A stretch of 62,934 nt of DNA, counting the filler, from Choristocarpus tenellus KU-1152 (Eukaryota; Protista; Phaeophyceae): the NCBI GenBank assembly GCA_964200185.2. It is 11 parts of 11 records of this genome, joined end to end, with 100 filler letters (N's around TTAATTAATTAA, not from the genome) between each part and the next. Parts side by side here need not be neighbours in the genome. Positions count along the whole stretch, not along the records: positions 50,988 to 59,279 come from CAXNAD020004888.1; positions 59,380 to 62,934 come from CAXNAD020019296.1; 9 more parts are not named here. One strand, 5' to 3'. The notes under the pieces are model-generated. The model did no database searches. It was given only the letters and a program-made list of their open reading frames with translations, and was not told the DNA's origin. Shown one piece after another: positions 51,987 to 62,934 of this stretch. How positions within the stretch are numbered: the first letter of the stretch is position 1; each line of letters begins with the position of its first letter. The position numbers and the translations under genes were made by a program.

Positions 51987-54900
51987 TTCAAAGGACTTGA
52001 GAGTCTTACGAAACTCCAGGAACTATGGTTATGCAAGAACCAGATCTGGTAAGCTGTGGAGGCTGCTGGGCAGTTCTCTGTCTCTCTCTCCCCCCCCCCC
52101 TGTCACACACCTGGATACCTTGACCCCCTTTGTCACTGAAATTGTTTTACACGTACAAAACTTGCTACAACATATGAGAAGGCTTGAGGTCTAGAAACAA
52201 AGATGACATGTGAACTGTACACTGTGAACTACTCTCCAAGTATACGGACCTGTGATCTCCAGGGATTTATTTCGTTGCACCCACTAGACCGGCATCAACC
52301 CAGAAAAGTTACGTCTCTCAAGTCTAATTAGGATGAAGCTGAATTAGGATTGGGGAGAATGCACAAACACACACACATGCGCGTGCACACACACACACAC
52401 CACTAGGGTGCACTCACTCTGCAAATTCATCAAACCCTAACCAACCTAACTAATCATTAAATGTATATATATTCTCACAGTACTCTGGAGTATTGAGTTG
52501 TCATTTACCTTTGGCTCCACTCTATACTTCACTCATACAAAATAATGCATGTTTGTCAACAGAGCATGAATCAAAATTAACAATTTGATCTGTTCTTCCT
52601 TCAGGAGACCCATCAGTAACCTCACTCAGGATTTCCCATGTACACACCACTGTAATCTCTAAATGCCTAGACCTTCCCAGAATAGTACAATCCCTTACAC
52701 TCCGTCTTTGCTGTGATTATGACCTCATGCAAAGCGCTTTTCTTCTTGGGTACTCAATAGGGACATTGTTGATACATACCATTTTATTTTTTGACATTAG
52801 CCCAACCTCATCAACCAGATATCATTGTTGGATATCTGTCATTATCCTTCTGTTCAAGCCATTGTTCCCAGTTGCATCTTTGTCCTAGATGTAGAACTGG
52901 TGCTCTGTCGTTACTGTTCAGGTAAAAACACAACTCTCCATTGCTGTGTATAACAACCGAACTATCAAGTCTTGATTTGTCTGCTCAACTATTGCCTGGA
53001 TGTGAACAAGTCATCAGTGTCGCCCCCAACACTTATTGCTTGATGTTTTTGGCCATCTGTAGGATTCCATGCACAAGGTTATGAACAGAAAAACACCCAC
53101 AGCTCTTACGCAAGGATGATAAATAAGAATAACGATATATTCAATTTTCTTGGACCCAATTCCTGACAGTGAAATAGATGAGCAATTTCCGAGGACTGCA
53201 CGATCATTGACTGATGTCAACCTGGCATGCAATAAGATTGGGCGGTTCAAAGACCTGCAACCCCTTTCTCACCTGGAGGACTTACGTAGTCTGACTCTCC
53301 AGGATCCTCATTTTGGTGACAATCCAGTGTGTGGTCTCCCCAACTATCAGACCTATGTCAGCTACCACCTCACACAGGTATTGCACACATTGGATAGATA
53401 ATGATTTAACTTATTTATGATGCTTCTTAAATCAGTATAAAAAAATGTAGAAACATTTTTATTTGAAGGTTAAAGGAGTGGTGAAGGTTTATAATTATTT
53501 TTTGACTGGGAATGTTGTACCCCAAATCATGTACTGAGTATGACTCAATGTTGGGGAATGTATAAATGATCCCTATTTTTCGATATAACCTTTGCTAGTT
53601 ACCATGTACACATGATTTGTAGATGTCCCTCACCATTTTATCAGCTGCATAAATGATTTGTCATTTTGTGCCGAGAAACGAAAATTGTGCATTGGTGATC
53701 TGTCCTTACCCCATCTTCCTGTACAAATCTTGCACGTGATTTAATAGGAAACAAAATTTCGTACAAAAAGTTCTGTTACGATTTTGTAGAAAAGAACAAT
53801 CGTGGACAAATCTTCTCCGTGTTGATGCTAATAGGAAAAAAACCCCCGTACAAATCATACCCTGTTGAAATTTTATCAGAGAAAACAATCTTGTACAAAC
53901 TTTCTGTTGCGATTTAGTAAGAAAGAACAACTTTGCACGAATCATACACTGTTGGAATTAAATAGGAAAGAACAATTTTGTACAAGTCTTAGGTTCAAGT
54001 CTTAGGTTAATACTGCAATTGCATTCACTTTCCTTGTTTTTTTGTGGATAGTATTAAAAATGATCACCTCCCCTTCTAAACCAACACATTGGTCTTGGGC
54101 AGCATGGCATCTTTAGAATGTCATGTTGGTGTCCCTTAACTTTTGAAAGTTGAGAGCATATACCTGTACATTATTCCATATATATATATATATTATTATG
54201 CCCTCTAACATTTTTCAGATGTGCAAGGGAGAAGCCAACGAAAACCATTCAAATGTCAGAATTACCCCTAAAATAGTAACAGTGTCGTAAATGTGATAGA
54301 TGTTAAATCTACTTACTATTTTACTACTAACTATGCTACACCACTGACCTCCTGTGCCTCCAACCTAGCTTAGTCTTGCACCCAAGGGTGAGGAGCAGGG
54401 AAGCATCTAACGAATCTAACAAGCTCCTCCTTGACCATCTCCCTGGTGTCTCCAGCATATAATGCTTACACGTCTAGATAGGGCCACTTGCATTGTGACA
54501 GAGACTATCTGTTGTAGACGGGATTTGACAGCCCCTTTCCTATTGTAGCCATTTCCATATATTGATCGGTGGTCAGTGTTAGCATTTCACATATCTGTAT
54601 ATGTTAAAAACGTGTGCTAATATTTGTTGGTAGAACTCATTCTATGTGAAACAAGTACAAATATATTGTCGTACCACCCCCCCATCTTCGAAAGCGTGTA
54701 CAAATATTCGTCGTACAACTCTCCTATCTTCAAAAGGTGTACAAACCGTTCCATGATTCATATACGTTGGTTTGAATCCCTCCACAATGATATGCCCTTG
54801 TGAACACAAGTTGTACTAAGCAGAGCGTGTTGACCTTGCCAACATTCCTAAAATTCGTGTTGACCTTCCTGTTGTAGGAAGATTTGTCCCACACCACAAA

Positions 54901-57530
54901 CTCCTAAACCTTTGATTTGTGAGGATGTTCCCCACTGTGCATAACCCAGATTTTATTATGAGAGGAACGGCCATTGATTTGTCGTAAATTGATTGGTTTG
55001 CACGAGAAGAAATGGTTTTGATTTGTCTGATGTCTGATGTGTGAGGTATTGGTAGATAAATGTAGATACCATTATCCCATTCGCTATTTTTGCCTCCCCT
55101 CACGACAACACCAATGCTTCATTAGGGGTGAGTAGTAGGCACTACAGCACCTCCCAACACAACGTATATAGTGGTCAATGTGTAGTATATATAATCCGGA
55201 GTATGTATCTATTGTAGTCATACCTGGGCACATCTGCATCATAGAGACGAAAAACGCCATATTAGAAATTTTCTGGTTATGTCCCTAGTTTTGATAGTAC
55301 CCCTAGTTTTCAATTTTGGCACACACACACACACACACACACAGCTGCAGAGTCCTCCTCTGAGAGTGGGATCCCATTGTATGTTTAAATGATAAGAAGA
55401 AGAAAAAATCTAGTCCCGAGCTCAAGTAGAAATAAATAAAATTATTCATGTCCTTACTAAAATATACACGTATACATATATATATGTATCACTTTGCCAT
55501 AGCTGCAACAAGAACAAGATTCCTTCCTCTTCGTCCATATGCTTCATTCGAGGTATTGTCCAAGTTATTCACCAATGAGGGATGCACACTATGCACTCAG
55601 TCCGGCAACAGGCCTTCACTTCTCTGCTGAAGCAGGACATTGATTTTGATCTATAGCAGCATATGAACAGTACTCTGAGAGTTTTCTTGACGGAAACCGG
55701 TTTGGTTGAAAGGAGTTGCACAAGAGCACCTAATTTATCAGTAGATTTTTGCTTCCACTCCATTGTGACTGCCTCACACATGGATCTGTTTTCATCACAT
55801 AGTAGCCATCTCTCAGAATAGTAGTACATCAGTATGAATGAAAACAATTTATCTGACATCTAGTCCGGACATAATGATGAAGCGTTAAAACAGTCTCCTC
55901 AAAGAGCGCGGTTTTTGGTATTCATGTGCTAATATCTTAGAGGGTAGAGCCGTGTCCATTTGGGGGCCAAAATCCAATGTTGCAATTTTGATGTAATTTT
56001 GACTATCGTGTTTGTTAGGAGATGTCAATATCCTTGTTCCGGACACACCTTTTCATAATGTATACATTTTACCTACTTCGAAACATTTTAAATGAGGTAA
56101 AAGTATCAATAAAAATCCCATGGGAAGCCAAGCCCCAAATGGACAAGCAGGGAAAAACGCGTACCCTATAAGATAATTTCACTCTCTGCCCCCTGAGGTT
56201 GATACATCGATAATGCTTGTTACTCTGCAAGAATTAGGGTAAAGTGACCGACGAACAGTATTAGGGAATAGAGTGAAAGGATCTTAGAGGTTACGAGTTT
56301 TTCCCTGCTTGTCCGTTCTCGACTTGGCTTCCCATGAGGTTTTTACTGATATTTTACCTAATCTAAAATGTTTCGAAGTAGGTAAAATGTGTATTTTATG
56401 AACAGGTGTGTCTGGAACAAGAATATTGACATCTCCTAACAAACACGATAGTCAAAATTACATCAAAATTGCAACATTGGATTTTGGCCCCCAAATGGAC
56501 ACGGCTCTACCCTCTAAAATATACTTTTGCTCAGAGGGTACCGCTCGAGAAGCTAGGTTTACACCCGTAGAGATCCTGCATTGGACCTTGGATTCATAGG
56601 ATGGGTTTGACCTCCTATGTGTCTTTTGTATTATTTTGCCACCATCATCGTTATTATCATTATCATTGTCATCATTTTCACTATTATATATATTATTATG
56701 CCCTCTGACATTTTGCAGATGTGTCAGGGAAAAAACCAATGAAAAACCAATGAATTATCAGAACACCTGAAAAAGTAACAGTTGTCGTAACATGAAAGAC
56801 ATTTTTCTATCATCTATTTACTATATTACTACCAGCTATGCTACGCCACTGCCCTCCAATGCCTCCAACCTAGCTTAGCCGTGCACCCTACGGTAAGGAG
56901 GTAGGGAAGCATCCCAAGAATCTTACAAGCCCCTCCTTGCCTATCACCTTGGTGTCTCCAGCTCAAAACGCATAATACATATTGAAAGAGCTACTATTAT
57001 TGTCATCATTATCCTTATTATATTGATTGTTATTATTATCATTATAATTGTTATCATTACTATCTGCGTTTGTATTGCTCTGACACTGACACGCCCTGTT
57101 ATCATATTATTATGCCCTTTGACGTTTTGCAGATGTGCCCTGTTTTTGTGCAAGTGGAGTGTCAGCCCTAAACAAAATTCCATTTTTTCATACTTTGGGG
57201 GTAAACGACAATAACATCATCGCTAACAAAATACAAACAGAGGATATATTAACTCGCCATCTTCCCAGTCACTCCTAACCCTAACCCTAACCCTAACCTT
57301 ATCCAAATGATAGTGTCTACGCGTTGAAAACAGTCTGCTGCGATACAGTAACCATAGTCTACCGGTGATGAATGAACAAATCTCGATCACATCAGTTGAC
57401 ATCGTTGGACATGGACGTTCTGGGGGAGGACTCGAAGGCCTTTGCCTGTGCTGTGTTCAGGAAGAAGAGCATGTACTACAACATGCGGACCAAGACTGTA
57501 AAACAGCACGCTGGACACGTCATCCGCAAG
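51987..57530 (+). CDS. LRRC9: Leucine-rich repeat protein 9-like, exons 51987-52048, 53170-53377, 57396-57530; partial
   Basis: Spliced in frame: FKGLESLTKLQELWLCKNQICEIDE...LTLQDPHFGDNPVCGLPNYQTYVSYHLTQ|LTSLD...KKSMYYNMRTKT, matching the LRRC9 LRR-cap and KKxMYYNMR motif. Confidence 0.85.
55931..56184 (+). mobile_element. MITE family A (left TIR clipped)
   Basis: Family match; right TIR ends TTTCACTC. Confidence 0.88.
56271..56532 (-). mobile_element. MITE family A, inverted relative to the previous copy
   Basis: Family match with both TIRs. Confidence 0.88.
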
Positions 57531-58767
57531 GTGAGTGAGGTCTGTCTGTTGCACTTATACGCCCAAAAGGAAATAAATTGACGGAACTCAGAGAGGAAGA
57601 CGGAAAACATTGTCTGGTCTCACTGTGCCGATGTTTTCTTGTCCCTCAACTCTCCTAAGCAGCGGGCTGCTACCTACTGCTGTGAGAGACACAGCAGGTG
57701 GCATGAACTCTCGATATCTTCTGATTCCCATGAATGGGCTTGGGTTACCATCTTGTCTAGGTACTCAATGTTGTTTTGCCGTCCACATGTTGTGGTATAT
57801 TAATCCGCGTTACTTCCAAGTATCATCCCCACCATCGCGTCTGACCAACTCCAGCAGATGGTGGCTGCTCCTGTGGGCCCACGCCTTCTTTGATATGTCC
57901 TTCAAAGTACCCCACAGGGTGTCAGACTACATGCTTAGAAAAATGGAGAGCATTTCTGAATAACTACTCCACAAGAGCAAAAAAAACGCTAGTTGAAGTG
58001 CAGTACTTCTTGTCTTTCTTTTCTAATCATAAGTATGAAATGTAACTGTTTTCAATGCACTCTTCGCCATCCGCGTACACATACACACACAACCTAACCT
58101 ATCAATAGATCGCAAATCGATTTGCCTCTTCTGTTCCTCACAAGCTTACCAATATATTTTGACGTTTTGAAAGGTTATATTTAGCCCTTTGCAGGTAACA
58201 GTCTCCACTGCCACGGCAACTGTACTCCTGTTTTTGTTCAAAAAGCAGGCGATTGAACTCTGTGCAGAGAAGGCAGTGGACCTTCACACCACCCTCAGCC
58301 GACTGCAGTGGCAAACCAAGCACTTAGAGCAATGGCGGTGAGAGGGCAGGGCAACAGGCTTTGAGTTCTTGGTGAAGCTTATGTCTAGTATATTATACTT
58401 GACACTGGTCGTCCCCGATCTCTGTGGAATAATCCTCATGACGTAACCACTAGTGTAGGGCAGGAGCGATGACTCTTGCGGCCTAATTCCTATAATGTTT
58501 GAACAACTAAAGAGTAGTGTTCTCTGTTGAAATGAAGTGGCAATATATTGTACACTGTGATCGCACACAACTCTTTATCACAAAAAAAAGCGCTTTCATT
58601 TCTATTAATCATAGGGAAGTGCCATGATTAGCTCCTACATTAAAGTGTTTTTCTCCTTGCTCAAGGCACAAGGTCAAATAATGAAGACATTGGATAAACT
58701 AATCACAGTAATGTGATCGTTCACCAAGTGATTACTTCCGTCTCCAGGGACATGGATCACCTATGTA

Positions 58768-59279
58768 CTACCTCCATGCCATAAGTCTGTGCCGCATTGT
58801 CCATAACTTTTGGAGATGTAGATGAAATTAATTTCTGAAATAAGATTTGGAATCCTTGACGAATTTCTGAATAGGTTCAGATCTTTTTTTTATTATTGCT
58901 CCCCATCCATCACAATTTTATCAGCCACAGAAAAGACCTCCATGTCTACCTTCGCCGTGTTTTCAAGCTCACCAGGCAACTGCCTCTTCCTTACCCCTGT
59001 GTGCTCCACACTGAAGTCATTCCCCCTTTTGTATATAAGCACTTGATTGTACACCACAAAAAGGAGCTGCCAAGCCTTCTTGAGTGTGGTTCATCAGACC
59101 CCTCATACTGTTTCTTAATGACCTTCACCATCTCCTCACCGGACCCAAACTGCTCCCCCATCACCCGGCATTTCAAAGACCTGAAGAAGCACAGGTCCAT
59201 GATATTGAGGTCGGGGGAGTTAGATGGCTGCGTCATAAGCCTAATCGACCACCACTAAGTCTTCCCTTGCCCGTGTGGG
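58768..59279 (-). mobile_element. DD39D (plant-type) mariner transposase 3' relic with TIR
   Basis: QPSNSPDLNIMDLCFFRSL matches the DD39D signature QPPNSPDLNxLDLGFF; KGGNDF after a frameshift; ta|CTACCTCCATGCCATAAG terminus. Confidence 0.85.
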
Positions 59280-59438
59280 NNNNNNNNNNNNNNNNNNNNN
59301 NNNNNNNNNNNNNNNNNNNNNNNTTAATTAATTAANNNNNNNNNNNNNNNNNNNNNNNNNNNNNNNNNNNNNNNNNNNNGGCCTTGTGACGGGCATCACG
59401 AATATGTTTTTTTTTTTTAATCCAATGTCTATATCAAA

Positions 59439-59699
59439 GAGCCAAGGTGTCTTAGAGGGTAGAGCCGTGTCTGTTCGGGGTCCAAAATCCAATGTTGCGA
59501 TTTTGATGTAATTTTGGCTATCGTGTTTGTTGGGAAGTGTCAATATCCTTGTTGCGGACACACCTTTTCATAACGTATACATTTTACCTACTCCGAAATA
59601 TGTTGGACTAGGATAATATGTCATAAAAAAACCCGAGGGAAGTCAAGTCCCAAATGGATAAACAGGGAAAAACTCGTACCCTCTAAGATACTGTCACTC
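59439..59699 (+). mobile_element. MITE family A; TSD CAAA/AAAA
   Basis: Both TIRs present. Confidence 0.88.
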
Positions 59700-61677
59700 A
59701 AAAGTTATGACGGGACAACTCCAGAGAGCGAACGTACTGGTTCCACTATACTGATTTTTGTAGTGGATTTTCTTATCGCTGTTGGACAAAACACCTTAAT
59801 GAATTTCATTTTGTGCACTCTAAAGTTCTTGATTATGGTAGGAATATAAAAGCAACGCGGAGAAACAAAATAATTTTACTTACATTAAGAGTTAGTTTTT
59901 AGTCTTTCAACATTCCTGAAAGTGGTGTTGTACACCAAGACACATTTTAGTACACCGGAAGAAAATATTGTTCGATTGTAAGTACCGTTTAGAACGAAAA
60001 TAGCATGGCTCATCTTTGTCAACGCGAAGAGGTGAATTGTCAGCAATCCACCAACAAAGCTGGCACTCAATACATCGAGGTCTTCCCCGACAAAGACCAC
60101 CTCATCGCCAGCACTGGACATCCTTCCATGGCTAGAATGGTCCCTGGTGCTCCACTATACCGTGTCCTTCTGGTACACAGTGAACAAGCAAGAACTCCAG
60201 CCCATTGTACTCCAATGGCACCGTTCACATAGCACATGTATTCCCCACGCGAGCTGTCTCTTCTTCCTGGAGTGGTGATTCCTCAGGTACATGTGGCCTA
60301 CCCGATCCTCTATAGAAAATCTGAGGTCTATCTCCTTCAACGCTGACATGTGAGTGCCTTGCCACTTACAGTTGGCGAGGTTGCCAATGGGACAGTTGGT
60401 GCAGTAGCACATCATCTTGGTGTGCATCAACGTCAAAGAGTTGCCGTTGATCCGTTGACCAGTGAAAAAAACCTGTGCATGGACTTTATTCCACTGAATT
60501 TGGGGACATGGTGATAGTGTCCTCCCCCCAGTCAATCTTTTAAGCTGGAAGATGAACGATCTCCTGGCTTCTGAATGTGTTATTACTGGAGAAGTTTCGT
60601 GAACGTGTTACTGTGGAGTCTGCTGTCGCTATCTGTCCAGTCTTAAGGGGTACGGTGTCAGTGTGTTGGGAATGAAGTGAAATATATATCGGTCTCCGTG
60701 AGTGCCAGAGCAGCATTCTGTGAACGATCCAATGCAAATACAATCATTATGGAGAGGATATATTGAACTGCTAAGTGTGTGACTTCAGAGAGTTGATTTC
60801 TCTATTGTTGGGAAACGTTTCGACATAATTCAGAAAATATCCTGTTTGTATTTGTAAAACCGGACGAATTTTGCTCATATTTGCCAGCATCCTTAGCCTA
60901 CGACTCAGAGTACCTCTCCCTTACCTTGACTCTAATTGAGGGGGAAACAGGCACAAGTATCACCCAGCTCATTGTGGTGTGTTTGTCAAGAGATCAGAAC
61001 GTTTTGGAGCAGCCGAGCTTTAGTTGTAGAATGTGAACTAGAGGTTGTAGAATAGAGGGAGCATCGTAAAACAGTCATTGTTTTGTTCAGCCTAAGACTG
61101 CCAAGAGGAATTTTCTCACATTGACAACTGTCTTCTCCTCTCAACAGAGCAGAGTGTGGGGAGTTATTTACTGTGACGAAGAAGCAGTTGACTGCTGCCA
61201 TGGATTTCTTGGACAGCAACAAGGATGGGAATGTGAGGAAAGGATAAACCGAGCGATCAATGTATGGTCCAAAGGTCAAATGTGACTTTCAAGTAGTGAA
61301 CTTCTTATCATTTTCAACCAAACTCTGCCATCTGTGTTCCTTGGTCCGTCCAGTGAATGCGAAGTATAGGGTGGCATTTGTTAAAACAAATATGGTGATA
61401 CGAGTGCAGGTGGTCATACGTAGAAGTTCATAATGTATCATTTAGCGTGTACGTGGCGTTTGGCGTAGATATGGATAGTCTGATGGGTTGAATGTAGTGA
61501 AACTGGACAGACTGGGATTGGTGGAGAAGTGCATATGGATGATTCACCCAGCGCATGTTTTCTCACTATAAGGACAGGCACAATCGTTATGTAATTTTTC
61601 TGATACTGGATGTGTTTGATATTGGAGTGGACAAGGGGGTAATGCCATTATTGGAAATAGAGGCGACATGTGCGAGT

Positions 61678-62739
61678 GGCTCAAAGTATCAGAGGGGGGT
61701 GACGGTTGTCCATTCTCAGTCCATTTTGTTAAAACATTGGCTACTCATTCGATTTGTTTTGATACGATACAGTATCATGAGTCCATACTGAATGTTGATT
61801 TGTCCATTGCAATGGTCGCTATGCTCACTTACCTCATTAGCTCCTCATCACAACACCATAAATCACCTTCAGAAACATCAAAATACATAAGAAGCGTAAG
61901 AACAGTCGTTTCCTGTAACATATATAAGCATATCATGTGTTACATTAGTTCCGTCAGACATTGATTCAAGTTTGTCTCGATATAACTTCTTCATTTTTTC
62001 CCTTTCTTCTTTCTTTCCACAAAAATTTGTCAGTTGGATATCATGTATAAAAAGTTTGGCATTTTGTGTGGAGAATCCAAGTTGGTCTGATTGGTTGAAT
62101 GTATCATCAAAAAGTTGTTTTTTGTCCTTGACTGGCATTTGCCTCTTCATAATTCATCAAATTCTAACCTGTAATATGTACCACACACACGCTGGGATGT
62201 AATATAATCAGAGTCAGACACACGTCCTTCGAACCCTTCTCAACTAAGGTGACAAGTCTCTTTACAGTGCATGTATTTGTTCATTTGAGCGTCTCAATGA
62301 ATGATCACACATTTCACATCAACCATAGTTTGATTGAGTAAAACATCCCGTCAGACGCTCCAGAACGAATCCACAGGTGTTTTGTTGCACTATGACACAC
62401 ACCTTCTCCAAGCTTGCTAACCACAGTACAACCAAACACACTTTCACACCAACCAGTGTCTGATTGAGGAAACATTGACATCAGTCCTATCAGAAAAAAT
62501 TCAACGGTGCTTTGTTGCACTATGATACCATTCGTCACAAACTAGACAGGCGCAACAATGCATAACACATACGAACTCAGGTTTCAACAGGTTATGAGCC
62601 TCAAACGATTCCCTTCGCTCAGGTTTCAACACATTTTTCCACTTTTCGATTTTTGGGTGACTTGGTTGCATGCGTCGGATGGATATTGTAAGTTCACTTC
62701 TCCTGGTCAGGGTTCAAATGGACACCCTGGTGTAGATCC
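61678..62739 (+). mobile_element. MITE family B split by an LTR insertion (halves 61678-61726 and 62632-62739)
   Basis: Joining the halves restores the family-B sequence up to gacaccctggtgtaga.cc. Confidence 0.8.
61727..62631 (+). mobile_element. Copia-type LTR remnant: 863-bp LTR (61727-62589), PBS (62590-62600), and the last 14 bp of the 3' LTR; TSD CATTT
   Basis: cattt|TGTTAAAAC...CTCAGGTTTCAACA GGTTATGAGCC tcaaacgattcccttcg CTCAGGTTTCAACA|cattt. Confidence 0.88.
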
Positions 62740-62840
62740 TGTTTAAAAACATAAGCTACTCATTTGTTTTGCTTTGATACGATACAGTATCGTCAGTTCA
62801 TACTGAACGCTGATTTGTTCATTGCAATGGTCGCTATTTA
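62740..62840 (+). mobile_element. 5' end of a second LTR of the same family, itself interrupted by a MITE-B terminus at 62841
   Basis: tgtttaaaaacataagctactcat...cattgcaatggtcgctat matches 61727-61821. Confidence 0.8.
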
Positions 62841-62934
62841 TGGTCAAAGTATCTGGGGGGGGGGGGGGGGTGGTTTATTGGGGGGCGACCGTTTCGGTAA
62901 AACAAAGATTTTTGCTGCAATGTCAAAAATACGA

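Noticed and set aside
33439-57530. HUWE1, VPS9, toxin-like gene and LRRC9 as a functional gene cluster
   Set aside because: They lie on different concatenated contigs. Only VPS9 and the 427-aa gene share one, convergently, with no functional link evident.
60005-60173. Possible + strand exon MAHLCQREEV...YRVLL
   Set aside because: AG/GT flanks exist, but there is no recognisable motif or partner exon.

Overview
Eukaryotic, intron-rich, transposon-littered DNA. It is inferred to be a stramenopile, most plausibly a brown-alga-like genome, from a Zn2Cys6 factor, ciliary LRRC9, long GT-AG introns and interstitial TAACCC repeats; this is not proven. The window is not one locus. It is 11 unlinked contigs joined by ten artificial 100-bp spacers (N44-TTAATTAATTAA-N44), so neighbourhood across spacers means nothing. 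Gene pieces found: a terminal coiled-coil exon; a putative helical-bundle plus kinase gene (MLKL-like, inferred); a Zn2Cys6 transcription factor; four exons of a HUWE1/UPL1-type HECT ligase; the 3' end of a VPS9 GEF; three exons of LRRC9; and one complete intronless 427-aa gene. That gene's C-terminus matches both the C-terminal domain of plant ASCH-family proteins and bacterial polymorphic-toxin RNase-like tips. Mobile DNA includes two related MITE families with GRG..CYC-type ends and 4-bp TSDs (Sola2-like), a DD39D mariner relic with Stowaway-like partners, a deleted pogo, copia relics, and an LTR-in-MITE nest with an exact TSD and a half-tRNA PBS. No CRISPR array, rRNA or tRNA gene was recognised. 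All protein family calls are motif recognition by eye; no database search was run.
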